32,195 nt of DNA, taken from positions 1 through 32,195 of IMG/VR virus record IMGVR_UViG_3300031655_000026. The stretch is one strand, 5' to 3'. Below the pieces are notes generated by a model. The model was not told the origin of the DNA. It did not search any database and saw nothing but the letters and a program-made list of their open reading frames with translations. This document shows, in pieces, positions 24,568 through 32,195 of this stretch; the stretch's first letter is position 1, and each line of letters starts with the position of its first letter. The stretch comes from a virus. Taxonomy: Duplodnaviria > Caudoviricetes. The position numbers and the translations under genes are program-made.

Positions 24568-25719
24568 TCAACCCAACAACCCAGACAACCCGGCAATGGC
24601 CCCGGCTCCCTGTGCTAAATTTCCGGCAAGAGAAGTTCCCCCACGATTTTGGCTCGTAACATTATTTGAACCGTAATTACCTTGGATTAGGTTCGCATAC
24701 GAGGCCAGTTTTTGATCCTGCACATTCTGATCGAACTGGAACCGATTTACCGATTCATCTAATTGTTGTTGAACAAGTTCGCGCTGGGTCATACCGACAT
24801 CGCCCACGTTAGCCATGTTCTCAATTGGAGCCTGACTAACGCCGCCGAAGCTCTCTAGGCCCATTCCGAAACCGCCTTGGATTTGGTTCTCTCCGGCAAG
24901 ACCTTGGTTGAAGCCACCCATGCCTTGTGACAACGCTTCCCCGGCTCGCTGGTTCCTGCCGCTCTCCATTAGTTGGGCCGCTCCCATCTGCTGATTCTGT
25001 GCAGAATTAAATGCGTCCATATAAGCCCGGTTGGAGAAGTCGGCTATACTCCTGCCCACCGTTCCTGCCGCTAGTCCAGAAGCTATGTCACCCCGGCTCG
25101 ATCCACCCGGTTGGTATGCTATTTGGCTCGATCTTAAAGCTGGCATAACTTGTTGTTGAAAGTTGCTCACTGCGTCCGTAGCAAAGTTATTCACGGCCCC
25201 TTGGATAAAAGGATTCTGGTCCACACTCCCCGACAACATCTGCTTCATAATCGGACTAGCGTTGGTATCATCCAAAGCTTGCTCACCAGTGAACCCGCTG
25301 GCCCTGTTCATACCTGATGTTGCGTAAGGGGCAAGTCCTCTTGTGGCTTGGAAAGTTGAGTTCCCGGCGGGGTTAAATAACTCATTGTTGATTGCGTTTT
25401 CTGCGCCAGCTTGCAATGCTTGAGGTCTACCGCCTTGGGCGTAATCCACAACTGAATTCTGATAACTTGTTTCTAAGGGGTTGAATCCTGATATTGTGCT
25501 ATCGGGGAAAAAGCCGGGGCCATCCTCGTTATATCGGTCCTGTGCTTGTGCAAAAACATCTGTCAGGAAAGGCTGTTGCCCTGCCCACGGGTCTGCCTTT
25601 TCTACAGTTTGTGTAGCCGTATTCTGACCTCCACCGCCGCCGCCCTTAAAAACTGCGTTTCGGAAGAGCTGGTCTGTAAAGTATTTGTCTTCAAGTTCGT
25701 TTATTTTCTCAAGTCTCAT
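24568..25719 (-). CDS. DNA ejection/pilot protein (P22 gp7-like position)
   Basis: Leader then KGGGGGG..T.T...PW..QQP.L; Q/G/A-rich; hydrophobic C-terminus. Confidence 0.65.
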   Translation of the reverse strand: MRLEKINELEDKYFTDQLFRNAVFKGGGGGGQNTATQTVEKADPWAGQQPFLTDVFAQAQDRYNEDGPGFFPDSTISGFNPLETSYQNSVVDYAQGGRPQALQAGAENAINNELFNPAGNSTFQATRGLAPYATSGMNRASGFTGEQALDDTNASPIMKQMLSGSVDQNPFIQGAVNNFATDAVSNFQQQVMPALRSSQIAYQPGGSSRGDIASGLAAGTVGRSIADFSNRAYMDAFNSAQNQQMGAAQLMESGRNQRAGEALSQGMGGFNQGLAGENQIQGGFGMGLESFGGVSQAPIENMANVGDVGMTQRELVQQQLDESVNRFQFDQNVQDQKLASYANLIQGNYGSNNVTSQNRGGTSLAGNLAQGAGAIAGLSGLLG

Positions 25720-26153
25720 AGCTCAACTCCGCACAAGTTATATAGTTTTTTATATCCGTAATGTTCCAGCCGCCGCATCATTCCATCTCTGCAATACGCT
25801 TCTATTCTGTCGCACTCATTTTCCTTCGCCCACTCTTTCAGTGTATCAAGGAAGTCGAGCCAGTCAGCCATATGGCCCCCACCCAAGACAATCAAGCGCA
25901 TTACTTTCTTACTACCAAAATGGAAAATCTCAGTGACAAGACTTGCCACACATTCCCCGTCAGTCTGGAAAGCGGTCCACAATTGCATATCTCTACTCTT
26001 CAAACCCCTGTATACATCTTCGACATCTAGCTCCCCATGACCGTGATCTAACCCAACTAAAATATGATCTACTACCAAAGGCCACATACCGTCTATTGCT
26101 TCCTGCGGTACGCCGCTGACATTAACATTTTGTTTTTCTAAAGTTTGACCCAT
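25716..26153 (-). CDS. GNAT-like virion assembly protein (P22 gp14-like)
   Basis: MQLW...VTEI...LGG..M.DW...WAKEN.CDRIE...R.G..R.L..GY. Confidence 0.65.
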   Translation of the reverse strand: MGQTLEKQNVNVSGVPQEAIDGMWPLVVDHILVGLDHGHGELDVEDVYRGLKSRDMQLWTAFQTDGECVASLVTEIFHFGSKKVMRLIVLGGGHMADWLDFLDTLKEWAKENECDRIEAYCRDGMMRRLEHYGYKKLYNLCGVEL

Positions 26154-26404
26154 GACCCCGCCGCGTTAAAATAATAAATTCCTTCACCCCCACCGGGATT
26201 CCAGTTTGTACCGTCTGCATAACGGATCATTCCCTGCCTCGGTCTGACTGGTGCGACATTCACAACATCAATAAAACCCAAAGCCTGCTGCTCGATTGCA
26301 GATGATATATACCCAAGTTCGTCTTGAATGTAGCCCTGCGAATATTCGGATGGAGTACGCTTCGGGAAATATCTGTTCTGTTGCGCTTTTGAGAAATCAA
26401 CCAT
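26138..26404 (-). CDS. Small tail-associated protein
   Basis: APVRPRQGMIRYADGTNWNPGGGEGIY motif; follows tail hub. Confidence 0.65.
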   Translation of the reverse strand: MVDFSKAQQNRYFPKRTPSEYSQGYIQDELGYISSAIEQQALGFIDVVNVAPVRPRQGMIRYADGTNWNPGGGEGIYYFNAAGSWVKL

Positions 26405-27969
26405 CAGTCAGTTCCCATCTCGGTTATTTGCATATCATAGCTGTGAAGTTTCCAGCCAACATTGGTGCTAGATTGGACTCGGATGGCAAGGTACTTCCCT
26501 GACACCGTCACATCGACTTTGCTCCCGACTGAAGTTGTAGGGTCAACCGTTGTGGGGCTTGACCATTCAACCGCGCCTTCTGGAGCAGAATGACTGCCGA
26601 CCAAAACCTCAACCGTACCAGTACCATACTTCTCGAAGTTCAAGTGAACGCGAGTCACCAACTTGATGATGTTAGGTGCGTCAAAGTGCAACCCGGTTCG
26701 CTCGATGTATGAAATGGCATTACTAGAATCAAATCGGTTTGTTGTGTCGCACAGGAATAATTTGGTTGATGTCACATTAGACAACACCAGCCGGGTTTGA
26801 CTTGGGTTGTATACTCTAGAATCCCACCCTTCGTCTATTGCCTCGTCCCATGTGTCAGTAACAGACCATGTCAATGTGTCGGACGGATTCACCACAGCGT
26901 TGGTTCCGAATGTCGTTCCTGTCGGCAAGTCTCTCACTCCGAATGTATTTTCTTTGTAATTCCAAATCACTGCTCGGTCAGGCCATACCGCGCCGTTTGT
27001 GGGGTAGCAAATCCAGATTTCATTTTTAGACTGGTTAAGAGCGAGAAAGGAATTCCCGTAATTATCTGGGTCGATAGAATCGAAAAGATACCGCCGCATC
27101 TTTGAGGTCATCAGACTTTTCACAGACTGTCCATCGCAAAGGAGCAGATCCCCGTTTGCTAAAACGATGTGTCCACCTTCAACTTCCATTACGCTATGCC
27201 GGGACAAAGCTCCATACTGTTTTGACACCTCATAAAACCTGAATATATAAGGCGCACCAATATAATTCATTCCCCAAATTGAGTCGTTTTTATAAATCAG
27301 AAAGCTGTCACGCAATTGTCTGCCAAGCAAGATAGGACCGGGTGAATCCGCAAGTTCATACGCACCCGCGTCTAAAGTCGCGTCAGCATAATCCCAGCTT
27401 GAAGGAACTGCATTGTGACTGCTGGCGTGACTCCACCTGATCTCCCTCGGATAGTTTGTGCCGTTATCCGTAACATTCATCGCTATAAGGAATTGCTTAA
27501 AACCAGAGATGCTTTTACAGCGCAGTGTCGAAGGCCAGTTGGAAAGGTCTTGCAGTAATTGTGGTGACGAAAAATTAACGGGGTTCCACATTTGTGGGAC
27601 ATCAACGCCGTTATTTATTACAGGGATGCCGCCAAAGACAAGCCCGGTCCATGTTTGCGCCGTTGTGCTTGCAGAATAAGCCCCTGATGATCGCGTGATA
27701 TTTTTGTGCGATCCGCCAGTCCCGCCAGCGGTTGCATAGATTGCGTTATTCCCGCAGTAAACCCACAGGGCTTCGTTGCCACTTCGGACGGGCAAAAGAA
27801 AATATGGGCTGACCGAAGGTGTACCAATCGCTGACCTGTGACCCGTTACCTTCTCCACTCCACCTTCAAAAAATCTCACATTCTTCCCATCGGACCAAGC
27901 GTTGAGCGGGAGTGAGTGTGGGGGTTTATCGGAGATTAGTCCAATAGAGCCAACGTCATTTATGAACAT
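26404..27969 (-). CDS. Tail hub/packaged-DNA stabilization protein (P22 gp10-like)
   Basis: About 520 aa beta-rich; D.PP..LP.NAWS...NVRF start, IRWS motif; likely ATG at 27969. Confidence 0.75.
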   Translation of the reverse strand: MFINDVGSIGLISDKPPHSLPLNAWSDGKNVRFFEGGVEKVTGHRSAIGTPSVSPYFLLPVRSGNEALWVYCGNNAIYATAGGTGGSHKNITRSSGAYSASTTAQTWTGLVFGGIPVINNGVDVPQMWNPVNFSSPQLLQDLSNWPSTLRCKSISGFKQFLIAMNVTDNGTNYPREIRWSHASSHNAVPSSWDYADATLDAGAYELADSPGPILLGRQLRDSFLIYKNDSIWGMNYIGAPYIFRFYEVSKQYGALSRHSVMEVEGGHIVLANGDLLLCDGQSVKSLMTSKMRRYLFDSIDPDNYGNSFLALNQSKNEIWICYPTNGAVWPDRAVIWNYKENTFGVRDLPTGTTFGTNAVVNPSDTLTWSVTDTWDEAIDEGWDSRVYNPSQTRLVLSNVTSTKLFLCDTTNRFDSSNAISYIERTGLHFDAPNIIKLVTRVHLNFEKYGTGTVEVLVGSHSAPEGAVEWSSPTTVDPTTSVGSKVDVTVSGKYLAIRVQSSTNVGWKLHSYDMQITEMGTD

Positions 27970-28201
27970 TTTTTTTCTCCGTTTTTCTGTGTTCAAGAAG
28001 GTGGGATAAAATTAAATTCAAATCCGATCTGATGGGAGCCAATTGTGATTCTAAAAATGGTCTATTCACCAAGCTCTTCTCCAGTGTCGAGAGTCTAGCC
28101 TCAGACTTCTCGTTTGACTGGTGCATTGTTTTAACCACCCACCCTGATACCGCCGCCAGTACGCCAGTTAAGCCCAACGTCAGCTCTTCAAGTTTGAACA
28201 T
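27956..28201 (-). CDS. Small membrane-anchored coiled-coil protein
   Basis: N-terminal TM ending GWVVK, then heptads. Confidence 0.6.
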   Translation of the reverse strand: MFKLEELTLGLTGVLAAVSGWVVKTMHQSNEKSEARLSTLEKSLVNRPFLESQLAPIRSDLNLILSHLLEHRKTEKKNVHK

Positions 28202-28202
28202 A

Positions 28203-28532
28203 TTATTTAGTTTTCTCTTTATTTTCGTTAACTCTTATTGTTTTTATGCGGTCTTCCTTCTGGCAAAGCCGTTCAGATAAATCGTTGCACCTTTGGTGTA
28301 GCAGTCCTATATCGGATTTGTATTCTGATCTTGGCACTAGCCGAAGCTGCGTTGAGTGATCTATTGCGTCAAGCCGCTTGTCGAGTTCACTAAGCCCTTT
28401 CCTCACGCCATTCAGATCATCTCCACTGGCCTTCCCCTTCTCCAAATCGTCAATCTTAGCAGTCAGACGGTTGACCATCCACGATCCTATCGCGATAAAC
28501 AGAACCCACAAATTGCCCAGTATTGTTTCCAT
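28203..28532 (-). CDS. Small membrane-anchored coiled-coil protein
   Basis: N-terminal TM ending SWMVNR, then heptads. Confidence 0.6.
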   Translation of the reverse strand: METILGNLWVLFIAIGSWMVNRLTAKIDDLEKGKASGDDLNGVRKGLSELDKRLDAIDHSTQLRLVPRSEYKSDIGLLHQRCNDLSERLCQKEDRIKTIRVNENKEKTK

Positions 28533-28538
28533 ATAATT

Positions 28539-28637
28539 TTACTGGTAAAGGCTTTTATTCAAAGTGACCAGTAAATAATAAGTCCCGAATCCAAGGCTGC
28601 CCAGAATGATGGATAGCATAATGTAAAATCTAATCAT
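28539..28637 (-). CDS. 32-aa TM peptide
   Basis: Not in track; MIRFYIMLSIILGSLGFGTYYLLVTLNKSLYQ; tight packing. Confidence 0.5.
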   Translation of the reverse strand: MIRFYIMLSIILGSLGFGTYYLLVTLNKSLYQ

Positions 28638-28785
28638 CAGACTCTTCACTACACTCATCACTAGCGGCTATCTTCTTGCCAATAAAATCTCCTGCAACAT
28701 TTCCACCCGCAGAGATCGCAAATGAAGCGAGGCCAGAGCAACTAATATGTGACATACAAAGTATTAAAATAAATGCTCTTATCAT
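28630..28785 (-). CDS. 51-aa putative lipoprotein
   Basis: Not in track; MIRAFILILCMSHISCSGLASFAISAGGNVAGDFIGKK...; lipobox-like ISC. Confidence 0.5.
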   Translation of the reverse strand: MIRAFILILCMSHISCSGLASFAISAGGNVAGDFIGKKIAASDECSEESDD

Positions 28786-28789
28786 TATG

Positions 28790-29554
28790 TTAATCCAATC
28801 CAGTTAGTGGTGTCCTCCAAAAATCCCAAGTGGAAAACTTTTCAAACTCTTCTTCAGTCAAAACTTCCTGCGGGATCGCAGTATCTTTAGATAGCGTAGT
28901 TCTCAAAGTATGTAAGCCATGTATGCCATGATTCCCCTCATCCTCTGAAGCCTCAACTAAATCGAAATTCTGTTCAGGCATATCAGCCCCGATAAAATCG
29001 TATACACCCGATAAGGTCTCATGGGGTTTGTCTACTAAATCATCGTATTCAACAAGTAAAAAACACTCAGGGTATTTTTCATAACCCGTGGCAAAGTCAG
29101 AATAACTACTCTCAAACATATTTGATTTCAGGCGTTCATAGTTCCATTCTGTTCCGTTAGCTTTGTACAGTACTTTGTACGATGTGATAATTTCAGTCAC
29201 GCTTCTTACGGGACATATGATCTTAGGAAAATTCCCATAAACATCTCGGTACATTTCGATGTTGTAAGCAGACTGCCATGATCTGCGTTTGTCAATTACA
29301 ATTGGTTTATCTGTAAGTTGAGTAAAGTATGCCTCTGTCAGCCCTCGCAGGAACGGTAACTTCGCTTGCCGTATATTTTCTGTGTCACAATCACCGCTGT
29401 AACTGGGGTCATCCCATAAAGTAAAGTTGCGCCATAGGATTTCTACAAAGGGTGATGAGGTTGTGACATAAATATTGTCATCTTTATTTAACATAGAAGC
29501 TAATAACGTGATCCCGCTTCTGGGCAAACCTGAAAGAAGAGCAGAGTTATCCAT
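28790..29554 (-). CDS. Sulfotransferase family protein
   Basis: LSGLPRSGITLL PAPS loop, IDK.R.W, KIICPVR, VEYDDLV..P. Confidence 0.88.
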   Translation of the reverse strand: MDNSALLSGLPRSGITLLASMLNKDDNIYVTTSSPFVEILWRNFTLWDDPSYSGDCDTENIRQAKLPFLRGLTEAYFTQLTDKPIVIDKRRSWQSAYNIEMYRDVYGNFPKIICPVRSVTEIITSYKVLYKANGTEWNYERLKSNMFESSYSDFATGYEKYPECFLLVEYDDLVDKPHETLSGVYDFIGADMPEQNFDLVEASEDEGNHGIHGLHTLRTTLSKDTAIPQEVLTEEEFEKFSTWDFWRTPLTGLD

Positions 29555-29555
29555 G

Positions 29556-29876
29556 CTAAATCTTTACCCAGTTCGACACATCATCATCCCACATATATGG
29601 CCCTTTACCGTCTGCTGGGTGAGCTACTGGGCAAACCCACTGGCAGGTCTCTTCGGAAAATGCCCAACTAGGGAAAGGCTGGGGAGCGATAAACGCATCT
29701 CTAGCTGTGTCATATGTATAACCAATCCCAGCGTAGTTCTTGCGTAAGTTGCTGTCCTCACTCGTTTCTACCCAGCTAGAACTTTCGCCAACTACACCGC
29801 TATCTATAAAAGCCTGATCTGCCACTATTACTCGCTGTACGATACTGTCTGAATTAATCTCTGCAAAGTAACCCAT
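29556..29876 (-). CDS. Tail-module protein accompanying glycine-rich fibres
   Basis: YFAEI...VQRVIV...RKNYAGIGYTYD..RDAFI.PQPFPSW. Confidence 0.7.
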   Translation of the reverse strand: MGYFAEINSDSIVQRVIVADQAFIDSGVVGESSSWVETSEDSNLRKNYAGIGYTYDTARDAFIAPQPFPSWAFSEETCQWVCPVAHPADGKGPYMWDDDVSNWVKI

Positions 29877-29892
29877 CTCTCATCCCCTTGTT

Positions 29893-30699
29893 TTAAACTG
29901 CATACCTGATAATTACAATACCCGTCCCACCTGATGCACCAGCTGTGGCAGAGCCGTATCCGTTGGCCCCGCCCCCGCCTGAGCCAGTATTCGTATCACC
30001 CGTAGTAGGAGAACCAGTGTATGGCGCACCATTTCCACCAATGCCGCTTCCGCCAGCCCCCGCACTCCCTTGATATGCCGCCCCTCCGCCGCCGGCACTA
30101 TATAGAGTGCCATTAACCCAAGCTGTTCCATTCCCACCAACACCGCCATTTGCAGTTGTTCCATGACCGCCCGCTGTGTTTGACCCCCCGCCGCCGCCTG
30201 AGCCGTATAACGCCCCACCTCCCCCTCGATTACCCTGACCTGCCGTTCCAGCACCATATGTAGCACTATTGTTATAGCCGGAATTGCCACCCCCCGAACC
30301 ACCAACAAGTCCAGTACCATAGGAATTTCCGCCCCCACCACCGCCTAGCGATGTAGTTCCAAATGCGCTACTAGGGTAGCCACTCCCCCCAAGATTATAT
30401 GCTGCCCCACCTGCACCGAGGCCTCCAACGGTTATAACATTTGCACCTGACGACACCGAACCGCCACTGATTGCTTGATAGCCCCCCGCGCCCCCGCCGC
30501 CGCCCATATATCGGCCCGCGCCCCCGCCGCCGCCCGCCACAACAAGATAATCAGCAACGCCATTTCCGCTAGCTGTGAACGTACCTGATGAGGTAAAGGT
30601 ATGTGTACGGTAACCACCCGCCTCAACAATTGCCCCGCCCTCACTGGTTGTTATGTCACCGCCAGCAAGAACCTGCCCATGCACGATAGGTAATATCAT
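29893..30699 (-). CDS. Glycine-rich tail fibre-associated protein
   Basis: YRTHTFTSSGTF, YLVVAGGGGG, NTGSGGGG, GGTGIVIIRY. Confidence 0.85.
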   Translation of the reverse strand: MILPIVHGQVLAGGDITTSEGGAIVEAGGYRTHTFTSSGTFTASGNGVADYLVVAGGGGGAGRYMGGGGGAGGYQAISGGSVSSGANVITVGGLGAGGAAYNLGGSGYPSSAFGTTSLGGGGGGNSYGTGLVGGSGGGNSGYNNSATYGAGTAGQGNRGGGGALYGSGGGGGSNTAGGHGTTANGGVGGNGTAWVNGTLYSAGGGGAAYQGSAGAGGSGIGGNGAPYTGSPTTGDTNTGSGGGGANGYGSATAGASGGTGIVIIRYAV

Positions 30700-31439
30700 T
30701 GTAGTGCCTTCACAGTTAGAGATGAGAAGCTGTCGCTATTCGTAATATAAAGGAAGAAATCGTGTCCATTTGTGCTAGTGAGGGAGTCTCCATCTACTAG
30801 CGTGAACCCAGATGTTGTTATAGTACCCGCACTTGCATTATTTGTTTGTTGAAGCACTAAAGTACAATCATTAGCAGGAGGAGCAAGAGTATGCGCCCCG
30901 CCATTTATGAATTTCTGCATATTCCCATCAGCTTCATCAGGTGTATAAGTGCCTGATGCTTTAGTCCCGGCATCATGTACAGTGCAAGCATACCCAGCAG
31001 TCAGGGTGTCAGCAGTATCTGCTTTCAAGGTATCAGCATCGTAAGCCTGAACACTACTGCCAATATCGGCATCGACCACATATGTAGAGTTATAGGCTTG
31101 AATATCTGAGCCAATCAGAGAAGCTAACCCTGCCGGGGTAACAGCCCTACCAGTGTCAGTGCCTGTCGAAGTTTCCGCGTCTGTTGCCAACTCCACAACT
31201 CCAGTTGCAGTTGCAGTTGCGGCTTGCTTGATAGTTGTAAAAGCAGTTGCCGCTGTTACTTCCGAGAGATTATTGGAAGCCAGCAAATCCCCAGTCGCGG
31301 CGGGGAAACCACCCGCTGTCGAACCGTTATGTACAACCACAACATTTTTATCTGTGTCCACTGTTACTTCTCTGAGCGCACCCGTGAAGGAAGTATGTTG
31401 TGATGTTGTTCCCCCACGAAGCTGTAATTTTTTAGCCAT
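30696..31439 (-). CDS. Tail fibre protein with Mtd/hyaluronidase-like N-terminal domain
   Basis: MAKKLQLRGGTT..H..FTGA.REVTVDTDK..VVVHNG.T.GG.P; start at 31439 overlaps upstream stop (TAATG). Confidence 0.75.
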   Translation of the reverse strand: MAKKLQLRGGTTSQHTSFTGALREVTVDTDKNVVVVHNGSTAGGFPAATGDLLASNNLSEVTAATAFTTIKQAATATATGVVELATDAETSTGTDTGRAVTPAGLASLIGSDIQAYNSTYVVDADIGSSVQAYDADTLKADTADTLTAGYACTVHDAGTKASGTYTPDEADGNMQKFINGGAHTLAPPANDCTLVLQQTNNASAGTITTSGFTLVDGDSLTSTNGHDFFLYITNSDSFSSLTVKALQ

Positions 31440-32194
31440 TAGACAATACTCCCGAAATCCATTTGTAAGTTCGCACCACTGACCGTGCCGCAATTTGTAA
31501 AGTTATTATCCTGCCCGTCTAACGTCCCTGCTAACTGCGGCGAAGTGTCCGTTTCTAAATACGCTACCCCCGGAACAATTGGCAAGAAGGCAGAACCCGT
31601 ATGATAATTTAGTGAATTATTTGCGCTGTCGTACCACAAATCCCCTTCTGACGGAGATCCGGGGGCAGAAGACGCAATCGTGTACTCAGTTGCGTAACGA
31701 TTAACATCTGCAATCGCGTTGGCAACCGTTGCGATATGCCCACTGCCGTTTGAAGTTGTGGGCGTATCCGCAATAGAACCTAAGTCCTCCGTAAAAACTA
31801 CATCACCCGCAACAATATTTATATTCGCTTGGTCCGAAGCAGACGGCGAAAGTTGAAGCCAAGTCGTGGTCGCTAAATCGTAGACAAACATTCTATTCGT
31901 AGTGGTCAAAAAATAAAGTGCGCCATCAGTCAATATGTTGGAATCGTTGTCAACGCTTGGTACAGAATTTTTACTACCAAGGAATTTATCATCAAAGGTA
32001 TCAAGCACAGCCTCGCATGAAGTCTGTGCAGACTGGGCCGAAGTAGCACTTGAAGCTGAAGAAGTGGCGGAGCTTGCGGAAGCCGTGGCTGAACTAGCAG
32101 AAGCCGTGGCTGAATTTGCCGCGTTAGACTCTGATGTTGGTACGGTGTTCGCCGTCCACGCTATTTGCCCCGCGCCGTTTGTTGTAAGATAATT
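31439..32194 (-). CDS. Tail fibre protein (5' end outside window)
   Basis: Frame open to window edge; SATASAS repeats, DTFDDKFLGSK..PSVDND...GALYF, GDLWYD, DTSPQLAGTLD. Confidence 0.8.
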   Translation of the reverse strand, partial: NYLTTNGAGQIAWTANTVPTSESNAANSATASASSATASASSATSSASSATSAQSAQTSCEAVLDTFDDKFLGSKNSVPSVDNDSNILTDGALYFLTTTNRMFVYDLATTTWLQLSPSASDQANINIVAGDVVFTEDLGSIADTPTTSNGSGHIATVANAIADVNRYATEYTIASSAPGSPSEGDLWYDSANNSLNYHTGSAFLPIVPGVAYLETDTSPQLAGTLDGQDNNFTNCGTVSGANLQMDFGSIV

Positions 32195-32195
32195 C

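Noticed and set aside
28630-28645. Other CTGATGA matches (here, near 27684 and near 30585)
   Set aside because: Inside coding regions with no stem II-GAAA-stem III arrangement
30696-31439. Diversity-generating retroelement suggested by the Mtd-like N-terminus
   Set aside because: No reverse transcriptase and no template/variable repeat pair seen in the window
1-32195. Alternative genetic code suggested by the release-factor-like gene
   Set aside because: Long genes read through with the standard code and TAA, TAG and TGA all serve as stops

Overview
This window is most of the genome of a temperate, P22-like (short-tailed) dsDNA phage of a Gram-negative host, probably aquatic, in its non-integrated form. 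Reading the minus strand: tail fibre/glycine-rich/sulfotransferase module, tail hub and ejection proteins (32195-19921); a plus-strand XRE repressor; HU/IHF, Sak-like recombinase, SSB, replication initiator, VRR-NUC nuclease and tyrosine integrase; an intact attP (3' half of a tRNA-Glu(CTC) flanked by IHF and arm-like sites); a plus-strand accessory cassette with two duplicated operator-containing promoters; lysis genes, terminases, portal and a scaffold gene that runs off the left edge. Most notable: (1) two unrelated enzyme-like genes between portal and scaffold (an ART-PolyVal-like ADP-ribosyltransferase and a DUF7178/HhH-like protein) share a 39-aa N-terminal tag conserved at protein but not codon level, suggesting an addressed virion-cargo system; (2) a 33-aa module inside the ART recurs in a separate accessory gene; (3) two intergenic hammerhead ribozymes; (4) an uncalled zinc-ribbon regulator candidate; (5) a GGQ-less release-factor-like protein. 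All family assignments come from motif recognition by eye, not database searches.
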